Of a DNA stretch of 64,000 nt, positions 38,561 through 52,740 are shown piece after piece; the stretch's first letter is position 1, and each line of letters starts with the position of its first letter. Under the pieces are notes generated by a model, which made no database searches, was not told where the DNA came from, and saw only the letters and a program-made list of their open reading frames with translations. The DNA comes from Octopus sinensis (Eukaryota), in NCBI RefSeq assembly GCF_006345805.1, contig NC_043011.1, positions 3,906,001-3,970,000 on the forward strand, read 5' to 3'. The position numbers and the translations under genes were made by a program.

Positions 38561-39639
38561 GATTATGAAAATTCCACAGAAGACAGTGAATGTGACACTC
38601 TGAGGATTCAGCAAAAGCAATTCATTTGAAATGTTATGTTTGCAGTAGATTCAAATCATTCAGGTGTAATGTTGCACAGAACTTGGAAAATGGCACACAA
38701 TAAAACGAATCTAAGAACTTGCTTCCAATTCTACATTTTAATGGCAAAAGTCTATTTGGAATTGCAATAGTTCCCCTTACAACATCAATAACTGAAAGTT
38801 GAAAGACATGTCAAGAATATTTCCATTATCTCTATGATCATGATTCTCCAGTGGAACTAACTACATGTTTTAAATATATAAAAAAATATATAATACTGTA
38901 GCATCACCATGAGTTATGCCATTAATGTATTAATTAGAATGTGGCAAGTAACTGCATTGCTTTAAGATGAGACGTAACATACTATGCTACTATTTCAAAT
39001 AGAAAAATAAGGGGCTATATTTATCTGTGTTGTTTTATAATAGGGAACGGTTACAGCATGTATTATGATTCTGAGTTTCAATTCTGCATTGAACTTTTCT
39101 AACAAATCCATTATTATTACAAAATTCAAATCTAAAACAGTCAGACAGAACACCTCTACGGCCTCTACAGCCATGTAATTTTGATTAGACAAACTAAAGA
39201 TTCCAACATGTGAAGTGTTTCACATGAATAAAGTATAGTGCCAAACAAGAGATTGGCTAGGAATAAACCAAAAGCAGAAATAATTTAAAATTCCCTTTAT
39301 CTGAAGTGTAACCAAATGTTCAAGAATCAAACAGATCTATAAGTAGTGCAAAATATTTATTTCCACACCTTGTATTGATTAAGCCTCATATCATTTCTAT
39401 TCAATATCGTTTACTGATTACCTAATGAGTTTCTTACTTATTTCTATCTGTATGAGAACCGAAAATGATTCAAGTGTCATTTACCTTGTGCTGATATAGT
39501 TTTACTATACTCAAACCCACCAAATAGATCACACTTGATTTTCTTACTGTTTAAGGGCATTTAAACTTATTTAATATTCAGTAAATCTTTAAAAGAGAAG
39601 TTAGGTGAATAAGAAATAATATTTATCTTTGCTTTGCAG

Positions 39640-39707
39640 ATATCGAAGATGACATAAAATTTCCTTGTGATAATAGTTGGAATAGTCCAATACTCACATA
39701 CTCATGA
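39640..39707 (+). CDS. Candidate terminal exon
   Basis: Strong acceptor tttatctttgctttgcag; IEDDIKFPCDNSWNSPILTYS*; no recognised homology. Confidence 0.2.
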
Positions 39708-39829
39708 ATATATGCATTGATTCTCCAAAGCAATTGCTTAAGACTTGTATATTCATTCATAAACTCGTTTCCTCTCGAAATCTGTCTCGCACGCTCCTTT
39801 TGTTGTTTTATGACAATAATTCTCTCTGT

Positions 39830-39990
39830 GAAGGTGCATGGCCTAGTGGTTCAGATGTTGGTCTCATGATCATAAGCTCATGGGTTCAGTTCCTGAACTG
39901 AGCAGCATGATATGTCCTTGAGCAAGGCACTTCATCTCACATTGTTCCAGTCTACTCAGCTGAGTCAAAGACCAGCTGAGTGCTGATGCA
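39830..39990 (+). mobile_element. Third tRNA-derived SINE type, fragment
   Basis: tggcctagtggtt...gggttcagttcc head followed by tgtccttgagcaaggcactt. Confidence 0.7.
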
Positions 39991-41359
39991 TCCTTCTCTC
40001 CTTCTAGCTAACACATCCCGAGTCTTCTTCTGATTCAGAAGGTGTCTATGGCTGTTCTAGGTGATGTGCACCTAAAATAATTAGCGAAAGCATGGTTTTA
40101 GCTATTCAATCATATTTACTTGCAAGTGATGACAATGACAAAATGATTCTGTTTGCTCTTCGTATGTATACCTAGGAATGCATGTGTGTATCTATGTATG
40201 TGTATGAGAATCAGTACAAGTGTGTATGTGAAATCAAGCATCAAGCATCTTTGCCTGAGTTTTTTCTCTTTTTTCACTTCATCTCACTTTGGAACAACAT
40301 GGTCACTAGGGAACCTTTATGTGATCTTTAGGTAACCTCTATGTGGCCACCCTGCCTGATAGAATTAACACCCAAATCCTTCTCAAATTGCTCTATATCA
40401 TCTTAAATATTGAACGGTCCCATTGGATAATGTAGTTCTAGACATACCTTTAAAATGTATGTTTGGAATTCAATCAAATATTATAGGTTTGCTTATTTAC
40501 TGTTGATCTGAGGCCCCATCATCTGAATGTAGATAACAAAAACAACGTCACATTTTAAACTTGAGAAAAGTCTCGCATATTTTTATTGTTCCACTTACAA
40601 ATTGTATTTGTAATGTGTAAGTTGGTTGGTTGACATCTTTTTCTGGTCTGTGTGTGCATGTGTGTGTATGTGTGTGTGTGCATTCATGAATTCATTTATT
40701 CATGCTCTCTTTTCTCCTTCCCCCTCTTCTTCTCTTTCCCACTCAATTTTTTTTAAATTATTCTATCCCCTTCTCTACCTTCCCTTACACAAGCCAGGCA
40801 GCTTGCAGTTTGGATACTTAGAAACTTCTACATGTTCATGCAATCTACAAGAAATACTAGTTAAATCTCCTTCAAGCATTGCCTTATTGTCCTAAAAAAT
40901 GGAAAGGACACTATACAGTATGTCATCCTAGATATCTCTAAATACACAGAACAGTCATGGTTAAAATGCTTTGAGTGTAAGTCTACTTGAAAAGTGTTGG
41001 CCTGAAGTTAAGCAACATCTGTTATAGAAAGCCAGCAACTTGAGAGACAAAGTTGATAAAATGTCAGACAGCTTGGTAAAAGGTCAACATTTTACACTCC
41101 CCACAAACATTGCTCTGGCTTTAGCTAAGGCACTTAACATGTAATTCTGCAGTGCTCCTTCCTTTAAGGTATAATTCAATAATGTAGACAGTAGCAGCAG
41201 CACTATTGGTGTGAACTTTGTTAGCTTACAGGACTGAATTCTGGATAATGAAATTATTGGTGTGTTATTAATGTTTCGTTGATATATTACATGTTATTAT
41301 ATTATATTGCATACACAAAAGTATTGTTTATACTTGTCATAATAGTTATTGTTGGATAA

Positions 41360-41361
41360 AA

Positions 41362-41395
<34 letters not shown>

Positions 41396-41442
41396 CACAT
41401 ATATATATGTATATATATATGTATATATATATATAATATATA

Positions 41443-41481
<39 letters not shown>

Positions 41482-41558
41482 TATATGTATATATATATAA
41501 TATATGTATATATATGTATATTATATATATATATATATATGTAATATATATATATGTA

Positions 41559-41607
<49 letters not shown>

Positions 41608-41670
41608 ATATGTAATATATATATATGTATATATATATAATATATATATTATATATATACATATATCTAT
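41360..41670. repeat. Long (TA)n-rich tract
   Basis: Direct reading. Confidence 0.95.
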
Positions 41671-42534
41671 ATATTCTGTAATACATGCTATAACAACATA
41701 GTTTCTTATGTTGTTTATTCCACAAATCTAGGATCAAAGAAGTTTTGTTCATGAACTTTCTGTCTTTTATTTAAACATATGTATTCAGTTGTAAACTATA
41801 AGTGGAATCTAGTTGTGTTAAGTCTGTAGAATTTATACTTTGATCAGGAGCAAAACAAAATTGTTTCTTTTTTTGTATTTTTTTAAATTTTAGTCAGGAG
41901 GGAAAAGCAGAACCCATTACCCTTTACTTTGAGGCTGATAGACCAAATGCTTCCGACTGTATGAACTCTGCTAGAGTCACGCAAGTGCCTGGTGGTGATG
42001 TTCAGCTGGGTGAGGCATTAACTCCACTACCCAAGTCAGCCACAGCAATTTTGGATTCAGAATGCAAAGAGTTAAATTAAATACTTCAAGACATTTCCTC
42101 TGATGCTCTAACATTTCTTCCAGTTTACCACTGTAAGGAATTTTTTCATTGACCCATAGAATGATGACAGGCAAATTTGACCTTGGCAAGATTTGAACTT
42201 AGAATCCAAAGTGTTGAAACAAAAGCAAGACATTTCATACAACACTCACCATCATCAAAAAATGGAAGGACACATTGAATAAGGTAGTCTTTGATATATC
42301 TAGGACTATCTTTAGGTATATCTAAACATGCAGGATGGTCTTGACTACAATACCTTTCATAATAAATGTGCCACATCCAGATTGAACCAGGGTTTAATAA
42401 TATCTGCTACAGAAAACCTGTTACTTGAAGTTGATAGTCATTGCAGAACTTTACATATATATGATTTTAGATTTTTTAAAATAAGATTTCTTTTTCATAC
42501 TCTCTTTAGTTATAAACATTATGTTAGTTTAGAT

Positions 42535-42752
42535 CAATGCTTTTCAAACTTTTTGCTGCAGCGGACCCCAAGGAAACATTCCACTGGCTTGAGGAACCCC
42601 TGTGCAATAATTTAATAGTCTTAGTCACACCTATCTGCACAGGAGAATTAAAAATTACTACCGATTTTAGCAGTTTTGTAACTTCTTGTGGAACCCCTGG
42701 ACTGTACTGGCAGAACCCTAAGGTTCCGCGGAAACCTGGTTGAAAACCACTG
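42535..42752 (+). mobile_element. hAT (Buster/Charlie-like) MITE
   Basis: TIRs caatgcttttcaa / ttgaaaaccactg; perfect 8-bp TSD gtttagat. Confidence 0.85.
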
Positions 42753-42911
42753 GTTTAGATGTTTAATTCACTACTCATAAATAGTATGTATAGCTATTTT
42801 ATATTATATATATTTAGCTTACATTGGATTTAAGGACAACAGAGCAGTTATTTGTAAACTAGGTTCCATCATAGATATGACTGATGGAGAAATGGAGAGA
42901 GAGAGAGAGAA

Positions 42912-42950
<39 letters not shown>

Positions 42951-43419
42951 AAAGCTGTGAGCAAAGATCAAAACTCTAACAAGTAATGAAGCCAAACAGT
43001 TGCTGCTTGGTTCCAGCTGTTACAACTTCACTCAGTTTGGTGGGGTTTCAGGCCTAGAGAACCCAGATGTTGATTGGTTGTATCAATACTCCTCAGCGTC
43101 ACTGGAAGGAATGATACTGTCAGGTGATGAAATCATAATTTCCAGTCCACCCCTGATGAAAGGAAGGCCCCACAATACAAGTCCTAGAGTTCAAACGTTG
43201 GGGATCTTCAAACACTGGGACTCCCAGAGGGGATGACAAGAGATCAAGCGTCCTGGTGGTTTGCTGTGCTTGAGAAGACACGTCAAGCTAGGTAAAATTG
43301 TGGTTGTCCTTGCATACAGACATGTCCTCTGCATCCTTCTTCAGCTGAGTGATCCTAACCTTGCAAGATCATGGTTGTTTTGCTACATAAAAGCACCTGT
43401 ACCAGTGGTACATCAAAGC

Positions 43420-43580
43420 ACCCAGTACACTCTGTGAAGTGATTGGTGTTAGGGAGGGCATCCAGCCATAGAAACCTTGCCAAACAAGTATGGAGCCTAG
43501 GCAGTTCTTTAGCTGGCCAGCTCCTGTCAAACCATCCAACCCATGCCAGCATGGAAAAATGGATGACCATGATGATGTTG
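43420..43580 (+). mobile_element. (GAT)n-tailed SINE-like fragment
   Basis: ggagggcatccagccatagaaac...ccaacccatgccagcatggaaa. Confidence 0.75.
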
Positions 43581-43958
43581 TATACAAATAGTATGTATGT
43601 ATATCATACAGCTATATGAAAATCTATTTTGTATAGTCCTCCATTCACAGATAGTATGTATAGCTATGGTTTGATATTTGGTATAGGGATAAAAAGAGAT
43701 TTCATCATGCACTAAGAGTAAACTGTTTGAATAATGAACAAGCTGAGGTTATGAAGTAATTACAAAACTAATTGAAATTATTTTGCACCAATAATGACCT
43801 TAATTCCAATTTTACATCTCCAGCTTCACCTCCATTAGTAATAAGGGCTCTCATAATTTGTTAAAAGAACATAAAAAGAAGTGTTTGTGAGATGACTCAA
43901 AGGTGCTTTCATTGCTGTAACAGAGATTGATAATATAATCGTTTTTGTTTCAGTGTAC

Positions 43959-43959
43959 T

Positions 43960-44050
<91 letters not shown>
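43959..44050. repeat. (AAT)n microsatellite
   Basis: Direct reading. Confidence 0.95.
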
Positions 44051-44051
<1 letters not shown>

Positions 44052-44544
44052 TTATGATATGATGATGAGGAGGAGGATGATGTAATTCAAAGGTCCAGTC
44101 TTGTTGCATATTGTGTTTGAATGGTTTCACCGAAATGCTTTAAGGCTACAAGTCTCTGTGGAATATTCAACTATTTTATATGTTAATTTAATGAGTCAGA
44201 CATTCAGTTGAGTGAACAATTGAATGCCTGTCATCACAATCAATGTGGATCTATCGTTGCTGTTGTAGCAGTGTAATATCAATCATAACATCTTATCAGG
44301 AGGAGAATAAAACCATACTTATTGACTAGATAAACAGCCAAACAAGCAAACAGAATAATCGTATTTCTCAAAATGTCATGGATTGCGAGGTTAAGGAGCT
44401 TGTTTCACAATTATATGGCTCTGGGTCCCAATGTAACTGCATGGCACATTAGGCCAGTGTCTTCTACTACTAACCTGGTACTTGTGAGAGAAATTTAGTT
44501 GATGCAAACTGTACAGAAGCCTTTCACACATACAAGCAAACATA

Positions 44545-44892
44545 CATCTTTTATTCTTTTATATGTTTCATTCATTTGACTGTGGCCATGTTGGAGCACC
44601 ACCTAGAAGTGTTTTAGTCAAATGAATTGACTCCAGGACTTCTGTTTTTTAAGACTAGAACTTATTCCAAACTGTTATAGTACAAGGACGTAAACACACC
44701 AACATCAGTTGTCAGGTAGTGATGGGATGACAAACACAGATACAGAGTCACATACATAGATACACATACACATATGTACACACACACACACACACATAAT
44801 ACACACCTTGGGAAAGTGTCTTCTACTACAGCCTCGGGTTGACCATAGCCTTGTGAGTGGATTTGGTAAATGGAAACTGAAAGAAGCCGGTC

Positions 44893-44943
<51 letters not shown>

Positions 44944-45145
44944 GTTTGTGTGTCTTTGTTTGACTCCCTCACCATTGCTTGACAACCAATGTAGGTGTGT
45001 TTACAACTTAGTGGTTCGGTAAAAGGGAATCGATAGAATAACTACTAGGCTTATGAAGAATAAGTCTTAGGGCCAATTTGTTCGATAAAAGGCAGTGCTC
45101 CAGCATGGTCGCAGTCAAATGACTGAAACAAATAAATGAATAAAA
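44545..45145. mobile_element. Two SINE family A fragments in inverted (divergent) orientation
   Basis: Minus copy about 44545-44790; plus copy about 44803-45145. Confidence 0.75.
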
Positions 45146-46290
45146 GCACATTCGTATACATATACATACATATGTGTGTATATGTGCATACCACATTTAC
45201 ATATATTTGTATATGTATTTGTACATGGCATGTGTGCGTATAATATCCATGTTTGTTTTAGCATCTCTTCATATTAAGGAACAGTAACATTTGCTAACAT
45301 CTCAATTAAACAAACAATATGTGCCATGCAGTAATGACTTTATCAGTTTCAATAAATAAAGACCAGTGGAAAAGAAAATATCTTACTTGAAAGACAATTA
45401 AATGTTGGTGGACAGAAAGAGCATCCTGCTATATAGAACACTGCCTCACTAAGTTTTGTGCAACCCATGCCAAAATGGAAAAAAGTGGAGGTAAAAATGA
45501 TGAGGATGGCTGTATCACCTGTGAGAGAAATATCAAGTTGGTATTGATTGTGAACATCTTTGGCGTAAAAGAAACAGATATCTAAAAAAAACTAAAAAAA
45601 ACAAAAGCAATGTTTCTTTATTTCCTAAACATCAGAAAGAATTGAAATTCATTGAACACAGCCTCATACTTCTAGCTTCATTGTAAAGTTAAGATTAAAT
45701 GTAAGTTCTTATAAATCTTCAACAGATGCTTATTCTGATTGGCGTATTTTTTTTCTTTTTGTATTTTCTGAGGATATATTTCACTCGGAATTCAATGAAA
45801 TTTTCAGAAAAGTAAATAAGCTTAAGATACATCTTAAAATCTCAAGTATTTCTTTTACATTTGGTCGCATTGTCATTCTGAAGCCATTAAAACAGCAAAA
45901 AAATACACACATATAACAAAATAATAAAACAGAAGAAAAGAGCAAAAATACAGCTGCAACTTAGTTTACTATTGTGATTAATTGAAGTTTTCCATTACTA
46001 AGAAAAGGTTTCATTGAAATATATTTTGCTTCTAGAATGTTCTTCTTATTTGTTCATTGTCTATACAAAGCAAGTATATCTTTGTCACTAAGTTTACCAG
46101 TTGTCTTATTCAAGGTGCCACATTTATTGACAGTTCCTTACTACACAGTTTATTTCCATGACATATACTCAACAGTACAAAATAAAATATTGTGGCAGCT
46201 TCAGGTCTTTGATTAATGGAAGCTCAACATGACATTTTGTAAAAATATCACCAATCCTCATGTGTTTATTTACTTGTTATTTGTTCAGAG

Positions 46291-46680
46291 TGTGGAGGCA
46301 CAATGGCCCAGTGGTTAGGGCAGTGGACTCGCGGTCATAGGATCGCGGTTTCAATTCCCAGACCGGGCGTTGTGAGTGTTTATTGAGCGAAAACACCTAA
46401 AAGCTCCACGAGGCTCCGGCAGGGGATGGTGGTGATCCCTGCTGTACTCTTTCACCACAACTTTCTCTCACTCTTACTTCCTGTTTCTGTTGTACCTGTA
46501 TTTCAAGGGGCCGGCCTTGTCACTCTCTGTGTCACGCTGAATATCCCCGAGAACTACGTTAAGGGTGCACATGTCTGTGGAGTGCTCAGCCACTTACATG
46601 TTAATTTCATGAGCAGGCTGTTTCGTTGATTCGGATCAACCAGAACCCTCATCGTCGTAACCGACGGAGTGCTTCCATCC
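46291..46680 (+). mobile_element. tRNA-derived SINE family B
   Basis: Highly similar to 22321-22704; TSD atttgttcagag / atttgttcacag. Confidence 0.9.
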
Positions 46681-46938
46681 ATTTGTTCACAGTAAGTTAG
46701 ACTGATTCATAGAGTTATTTGTTCTTTTGAAATCCTCCAGCCACCCTTGTGTGTATTTATATGTCTAAAGAACAGCAATTTAAGTCGGGTAGGGTTAAAT
46801 ATCCTACTTGTAATACTAATCAAATACCTACAGGAGACAAGAATTCATGACACACGAACTAGTAGTTCAATACTTTATACACTCAACAATTTTTGCCTCA
46901 ACAGTAAATGTAGAAATTTTTCTATAAAATGTAACATA

Positions 46939-47327
46939 TCTTTATATATAAAAGTGAGGTTGTGTGCTGTCTGTCTCCTACGATTTAGATTCCTAACTAC
47001 TCCCACATTTTGCGGTGCAGTTTAACCAAAACCGGGTATCTTATAGTCGTGATTCATATCAAGCCCTTCTGGGTATTAGCGCGCGTCTACGATTTAAAAA
47101 AAAATTTAACATCATTTTTTCCCATTTTTAATGCAATTTTTTGCTATTATATAAAGAAAGTAACTCTCTAAAAATCTATTATTAAATCTCAGAACGTAAA
47201 AAGCTACAGTAACCCCCCCCCCTTTGTGGTTAGCCATATTGAGATGGCTATTATACTTAACATCTCTAAAAATGCTTATATAGTTATTTCCCTTACAAAC
47301 CCGAGCAACGCCGGGCGATACTGCTAG
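46939..47327 (+). mobile_element. Non-autonomous Helitron
   Basis: A|TC start, 3' hairpin cccgagcaacgccggg, CTAG|T end. Confidence 0.9.
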
Positions 47328-47599
47328 TAGTATATAGAATTCTCTCTGAACCACAGTGTGTGTGTGGAGAAGTCACTAGTTGTTGGTTTAATTTATCCTA
47401 TTGTTCCCATTTTGCTTATAGCAGTCATTTTGCCCTCATTTGCAAATAATGTATAACTGTGCCTTCTCCATTCTGGTCTGTCCATCTGGTTAATATTTCA
47501 CTTGTAATTCATAATTGCAGTCAGCACTGTGGAAAGACACTCATCCAGTTCTGAAACATTCACTTCAAAAATATCTATCTTTTGTCTTTTTTTTGTTGC

Positions 47600-48005
47600 A
47601 GTTGTGAGACTGTGGCCATGCTAGGGCACCACTTTCAAGACATTTTAGTCAAATGAATCAATCCCAGTATTTATTGTTTTTTTTTTAAAGCCTGGTACTT
47701 ATTCTGTCAGTCTCTTTTGCCAAACTGCTAAGTTAAGGGGATGTAAACAGACCAACACCAGTAGTCAAACGGTGGTAGAGAACAAACACAGACACAAACA
47801 TACACACACATAGATATATAGATATACATATATATACACACACACACATGACAAACTTCTTTCAGTTTCTGTCTATCAAATCCACTCACAAGGCTTCGGG
47901 TGGCTATAATGGAAGACACTTGCCCAAGGTGCCACACTGTGGGATTGAACACAGAACCATGTGGTTGGGAAGCAAGCTTCATACCACAAAGCTATGTCTG
48001 CACCT
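47600..48005 (-). mobile_element. SINE family A, diverged
   Basis: Family body and head motifs present. Confidence 0.8.
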
Positions 48006-48414
48006 AGTTTTGTAAAATAAATTATTCCAATATACTAGCATGGAAAAAATGAATGTAAGCTGAAAAAATAAAGAAATATGAAATCCAAAACAGAATGCCC
48101 ACAGCTAGGTTAAAACTATAACTGAACTTCGTACTCTTTACCATTTTTACAAATGAAAAATTCTTTACATTTTCTTTGATTAGTGACTACAAAAATTGAT
48201 AAAGAGATTTGCTATTTTATTAAATATGTTAGCAAAGAGATTATGAATAGGACAAAGTTGATATCTTAAGATTGATTGCAGGTCTTGATACAAAAACGGG
48301 CAACTCTCAAATCTATCATGACTTGTTTAGCTTGGAAATGTTGCAGAACTTTCTCTTCTATTTCTCTCATCCTATCTCTCTTTCTTCCTTTTGTATCCTT
48401 TCTTTATCTCTTTA

Positions 48415-48452
48415 TATATGTATATATATATACACATATATACATATATATA

Positions 48453-48491
<39 letters not shown>

Positions 48492-48519
48492 TACATACAT
48501 ACATACATACATACATACA

Positions 48520-48555
<36 letters not shown>

Positions 48556-48645
48556 TATATATTATATATATATATATATACACACATACATACATACATA
48601 CATACTACATACATACATACATACATACATACATACATACATACA

Positions 48646-48704
<59 letters not shown>

Positions 48705-48720
48705 GGCATATATATATATG
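48415..48720. repeat. (TA)n/(TACA)n compound tract
   Basis: Direct reading; source of the 152-202 aa pseudo-ORFs. Confidence 0.95.
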
Positions 48721-49620
48721 TCTCTTTTAATCTACATGTCTATCCATCTTTCAATAACAGTTTATGTATGTATGTAAAGTATATGTTCATCTGTCCATTC
48801 TATACTCTGTTTCTTTGTTTTTCACTGCAGCTAACTTTATCTTCCTTTTCTTCTCTTTTAAAAGGAAATTTACTTTATGTTTAACCCTGTTAGTACATAT
48901 AGATTTTCAAATAATGCTTAATCTGAAATGAAAGTAAAATATAAAAAATATTATTTTGAAGCAAGAGTAATTTCTTTAGTGGGATGGTGTTGGATATAGC
49001 CATTACATATTGATATCATATTGCTGGTTCATATTTACAAAATCCTCAAAAAATATGGAATTCAAATATTACTCCACAATATGAAAAATATGGGAACTTA
49101 TGAAAGCATTTAGACTACTCCTTTTCTTGTAAGTATATTACTTTAAATTGCTAAATTTGTGTGTGTGCATATGTCAGAAAGAAAGGTATTTATTTCCATG
49201 TGACTTTGCATTGGGTTAACAATGTTATGTTTCCATTCTTTGTAATCAATGTCTTATAGCCCCGTAGCTCTGTGGCTTTTGTTGATTTAAACATGGGAAA
49301 CAACTAAGAATTGGTTACAAAAAAGGCAACCAGCTGAAAAATACTGCCTCACTATGTTTCATTTAACTCATGCCACCACTTTAAAGTTGACATAAAAGTG
49401 ATGATGATTTTGATGATGATACTCATGATCATCATCATCATCATCATCATCCTGATGTTGAGTCCCCATTAAAGGTTTCATCGTTGTGGAATTAGTAAAT
49501 GGGATGTGCATGTGTGCAGATATATATATTGCAGCAGTTTCTGTGTCTTTTCTATATATTATTCCATAGATATCTGAATTCTGCACTGCAGATACTGAAT
49601 ACCAACATACAGTCAACAAG

Positions 49621-50075
49621 TACAAGGTCTGATCAAAAGTACCAGACCTATTGCTATGGTTATGGTACTAAAGTACACAAGATGAAACCACTTGGCACAG
49701 ACTGGCCTTGAACTCTGTTGTGCATGCACACTAAGGTATAACATTCTCACTCACTCCCATTGTTTATAGCAATGCTTGGAAGTAAAGTGTGTAGAGTGTG
49801 GTCATCTCAAGAACAAGGCTGGGTTTCAGCTGAACAGGATTTCCTTGATCATGTCAAGGAAGACACAATTTTTTTGAAAACAGTTATAGCATGTGACGCA
49901 CCATGTGTCAATGGCTATGACTCCAAAACCATGGCAAAAGTTAAATGCCACCTGAAACGAACAAGATTTCAAGACATTGAGGAAATCCAAGAGAATGCAA
50001 AGGGGCAGCAGCTCACTGTCCCAAAATGAGAGTTCCAGGAATGTTTCTTTCAATGGAAACGAGGCGGGATAAAGT
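49621..50075 (+). mobile_element. Internally deleted mariner element
   Basis: TA + caaggtctgatcaaaagt TIR; remnant VIACDAPCVNGYD...KCHLKRTRFQDIEEIQENA... Confidence 0.8.
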
Positions 50076-50339
50076 GTGTGGCTTCAGTGGGACTGAACCC
50101 AGAACCATGTGGTTGGGAAGTGAGCTTCTTATGGCACAGCCACACCTGCAATATGTATACACACACACACATATCATCATAAGAGCTTAGAAACTTCAAG
50201 AGAACATAAAATAATTTGTTTTTAACATTTGAACTTGAAGCAGATAAAGCTTTTGACATTTTCTATCAAAAGGGGTTTTTAACCCAATATTTTACATGTT
50301 AGCATTTACAGCTTTGACTACTTCAAATTCAACCATTAA

Positions 50340-50561
50340 CCCTTTCATTACTGTATTTATTTTGAGAAGCTCTGTGTTACTTTCAATTAATTTTAAATAT
50401 AACAAAGAATTTAGTAAAATAACCTGGTTATCATTAAGCTAGTGTTAGGAACATAAATTGTGACTAAGGTTTGGTGGAAGATTTTAATTCAAAACTTATG
50501 AAAACAAGACATTTGTACTATAGAGCCAGAGGCGGTTTTAGGCGGGTTGGTATTGAAAGGG
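50340..50561 (+). mobile_element. piggyBac-like MITE
   Basis: TTAA|CCCTTTCATTAC...GTATTGAAAGGG|TTAA. Confidence 0.85.
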
Positions 50562-50627
50562 TTAAAATTGAATTACACATGCTCACACATACACATACAC
50601 ACACGCACACACACACATACACACACA

Positions 50628-50683
<56 letters not shown>

Positions 50684-50706
50684 TGCGTGTTGTAGTTTTC
50701 TTTTTT

Positions 50707-51078
50707 TTATAGCACCAGTCCTGATTCAGATCTCGTACAACTGGCTTGCTGCCATTTCATGTACTTTTCCGGTACACTTATTAGCATCTTGATGGATTCA
50801 GCCACTGAAAATTGCCTCAGCCAAGGAAGTAGCAACAAAACTAAACTGACCAACCCATCAATAATCTAGCAAGAACCACTGAAACCCAACTTTCAACAAC
50901 CATCATAAAAGCGAAATAATAATTTGAAATTGCATTGTATTAAAGGCGTTTTACAGGAAACAGCATACTTTACTGGGTCGAGTGATGTATATTCTCTTCA
51001 ATGACAGGAATAACATTCCTTTATGTTCCTTTAAGTTTCTTACCAATTTTTCCTTGTCTACACCCTCCTCTATTTCTT
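50707..51078 (-). CDS. Candidate two-exon segment (51078-51044 joined to 50865-50707)
   Basis: acttttccag|...TTG|gtaaga, then ttcttgctag|; EIEEGVDKEKL-IIDGLVSLVLLLLPWLRQFSVAESIKMLISVPEKYMKWQQASCTRSESGLVL*; unrecognised. Confidence 0.2.
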
Positions 51079-51542
51079 CTGGAAAAGTTATTGCCTCAAA
51101 GTCTTTTATTGCTCTTCTGTAGCATTCAGTTTTGTCAGTTTTCCAGGATTATGTCCTGATTTTCCTGCTTCTTCAAATTTTTACTACTTTAACCAACATT
51201 TACATGCTCAGGGATGGAAGGCATTTACTATACTATTAAATAAAATTCAATGCTATTTCAGCATCGTAATCAGATGGCTAACTTCTTTATATAGCCTAAT
51301 GCTGTAAAAGACAGCAATAGAATGAATAAAGTTAGTTTAATAAAGCAAAACAATTTTATATTTTTTCCTATAACTAAAGACATAGTTTAACACACACAGA
51401 ATAAGCATATCTACAGAAATGTGTGTGTGTGTATGATGCATATTGTGTGTCTATGTTGTGTTTGAGGACTCATTTTGCCAACAAACACATTATTTGTCAG
51501 AGATCTTTTGTTACATTTTGTGACCTCTTCTCTCTGACCTTG

Positions 51543-51890
<348 letters not shown>

Positions 51891-51964
51891 TTTATCTAGT
51901 TATTTATAAACATACGTACGTGTACACATTTTCATTCTTTTTTCCTTGACCCTTCTGTCCGGCA

Positions 51965-52160
51965 CTAGTTGCCATGATAGATCGTTAGCCACTAAACACA
52001 TTTTTTTTTCTCTCCTTGTTTTTTCAGTGTCCATTTCTGTAGAAGAGCATGGGCTCGAAATGTTAAAAGACTTTTTCTATTCCTGAGCGTTATACTAATA
52101 CATCTGTTTGTTTTGTACACTACATGTCTTCGTCTCTCGTTTTTTCGTAAACTCTCCCTA
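51965..52160 (+). mobile_element. TA-embedded element with hammerhead-like motif (core CTGTAGA)
   Basis: TTT CTGTAGA A GAGC-ATGG-GCTC GAAA TG TT AAA at 52034-52067; homologous to 10803-10997. Confidence 0.7.
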
Positions 52161-52740
52161 TATATATATATATATAGTATTTCTTGTGAAGACACTCAGA
52201 TGTACAACTGTTATTGGTGAATTGTTTCAAGCTCCACATAGAACATCATCATCTTGTCTACTTCCAGTAAATTGGTGTCGTTGAATTACACACACACGCA
52301 CAAAAAAAATGGTTACTAAATCTACTTTACAAAGCTTTGGTCAACCCAGGGCTAGAGCAGAAAATGTCCAAATGCCATGCAGTGGAACTGATCCTGAAAC
52401 TGTATCGTTTGGAAGGAAACTTCTTAAGCAGACAGCCATAACTGTTCCTGATTAAGCTTGTGTGTGTGTGTGTGTGTGTACAGGTGTGTAAAAATTTATT
52501 CTGCTAACTTAACAGTCAATCTGATGATTTCCTTTGATTTCTAGTTGTGAGTGTATCATTCCTCTTAAATAGTTTATACCATTAGTCAAATCATATGTCA
52601 CAATACGTTTCCTTTTGAGCAGTGCTTGAGATCTCCTTACCTCCAAGTGGTATTTCAACTGCTTTCAGTTTGGCAACACTTGGTAACAAAATCTCTAAAA
52701 ACTAATATGAATATTCCTTAAGTTTGAAACAATAGTTTAA

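Noticed and set aside
38995-39192. 65-aa minus ORF MAVEAVEVFCLTVLDLNF...
   Set aside because: Protein-like frames are open on both strands and in several phases, with no recognisable homology, so none can be chosen.
47390-47560. Minus frame interrupted by a single TGA (selenocysteine idea)
   Set aside because: It has no selenoprotein motif and no visible SECIS.
48272-48884. 152-202 aa ORFs, and similar YI/HT/CV/SIYL-rich ORFs across the window
   Set aside because: They are translations of dinucleotide and tetranucleotide microsatellites, which lack stop codons in some frames.
50940-51200. Possible Tc1 transposase remnant on minus
   Set aside because: The similarity is vague, and no TIR or catalytic motif was found.
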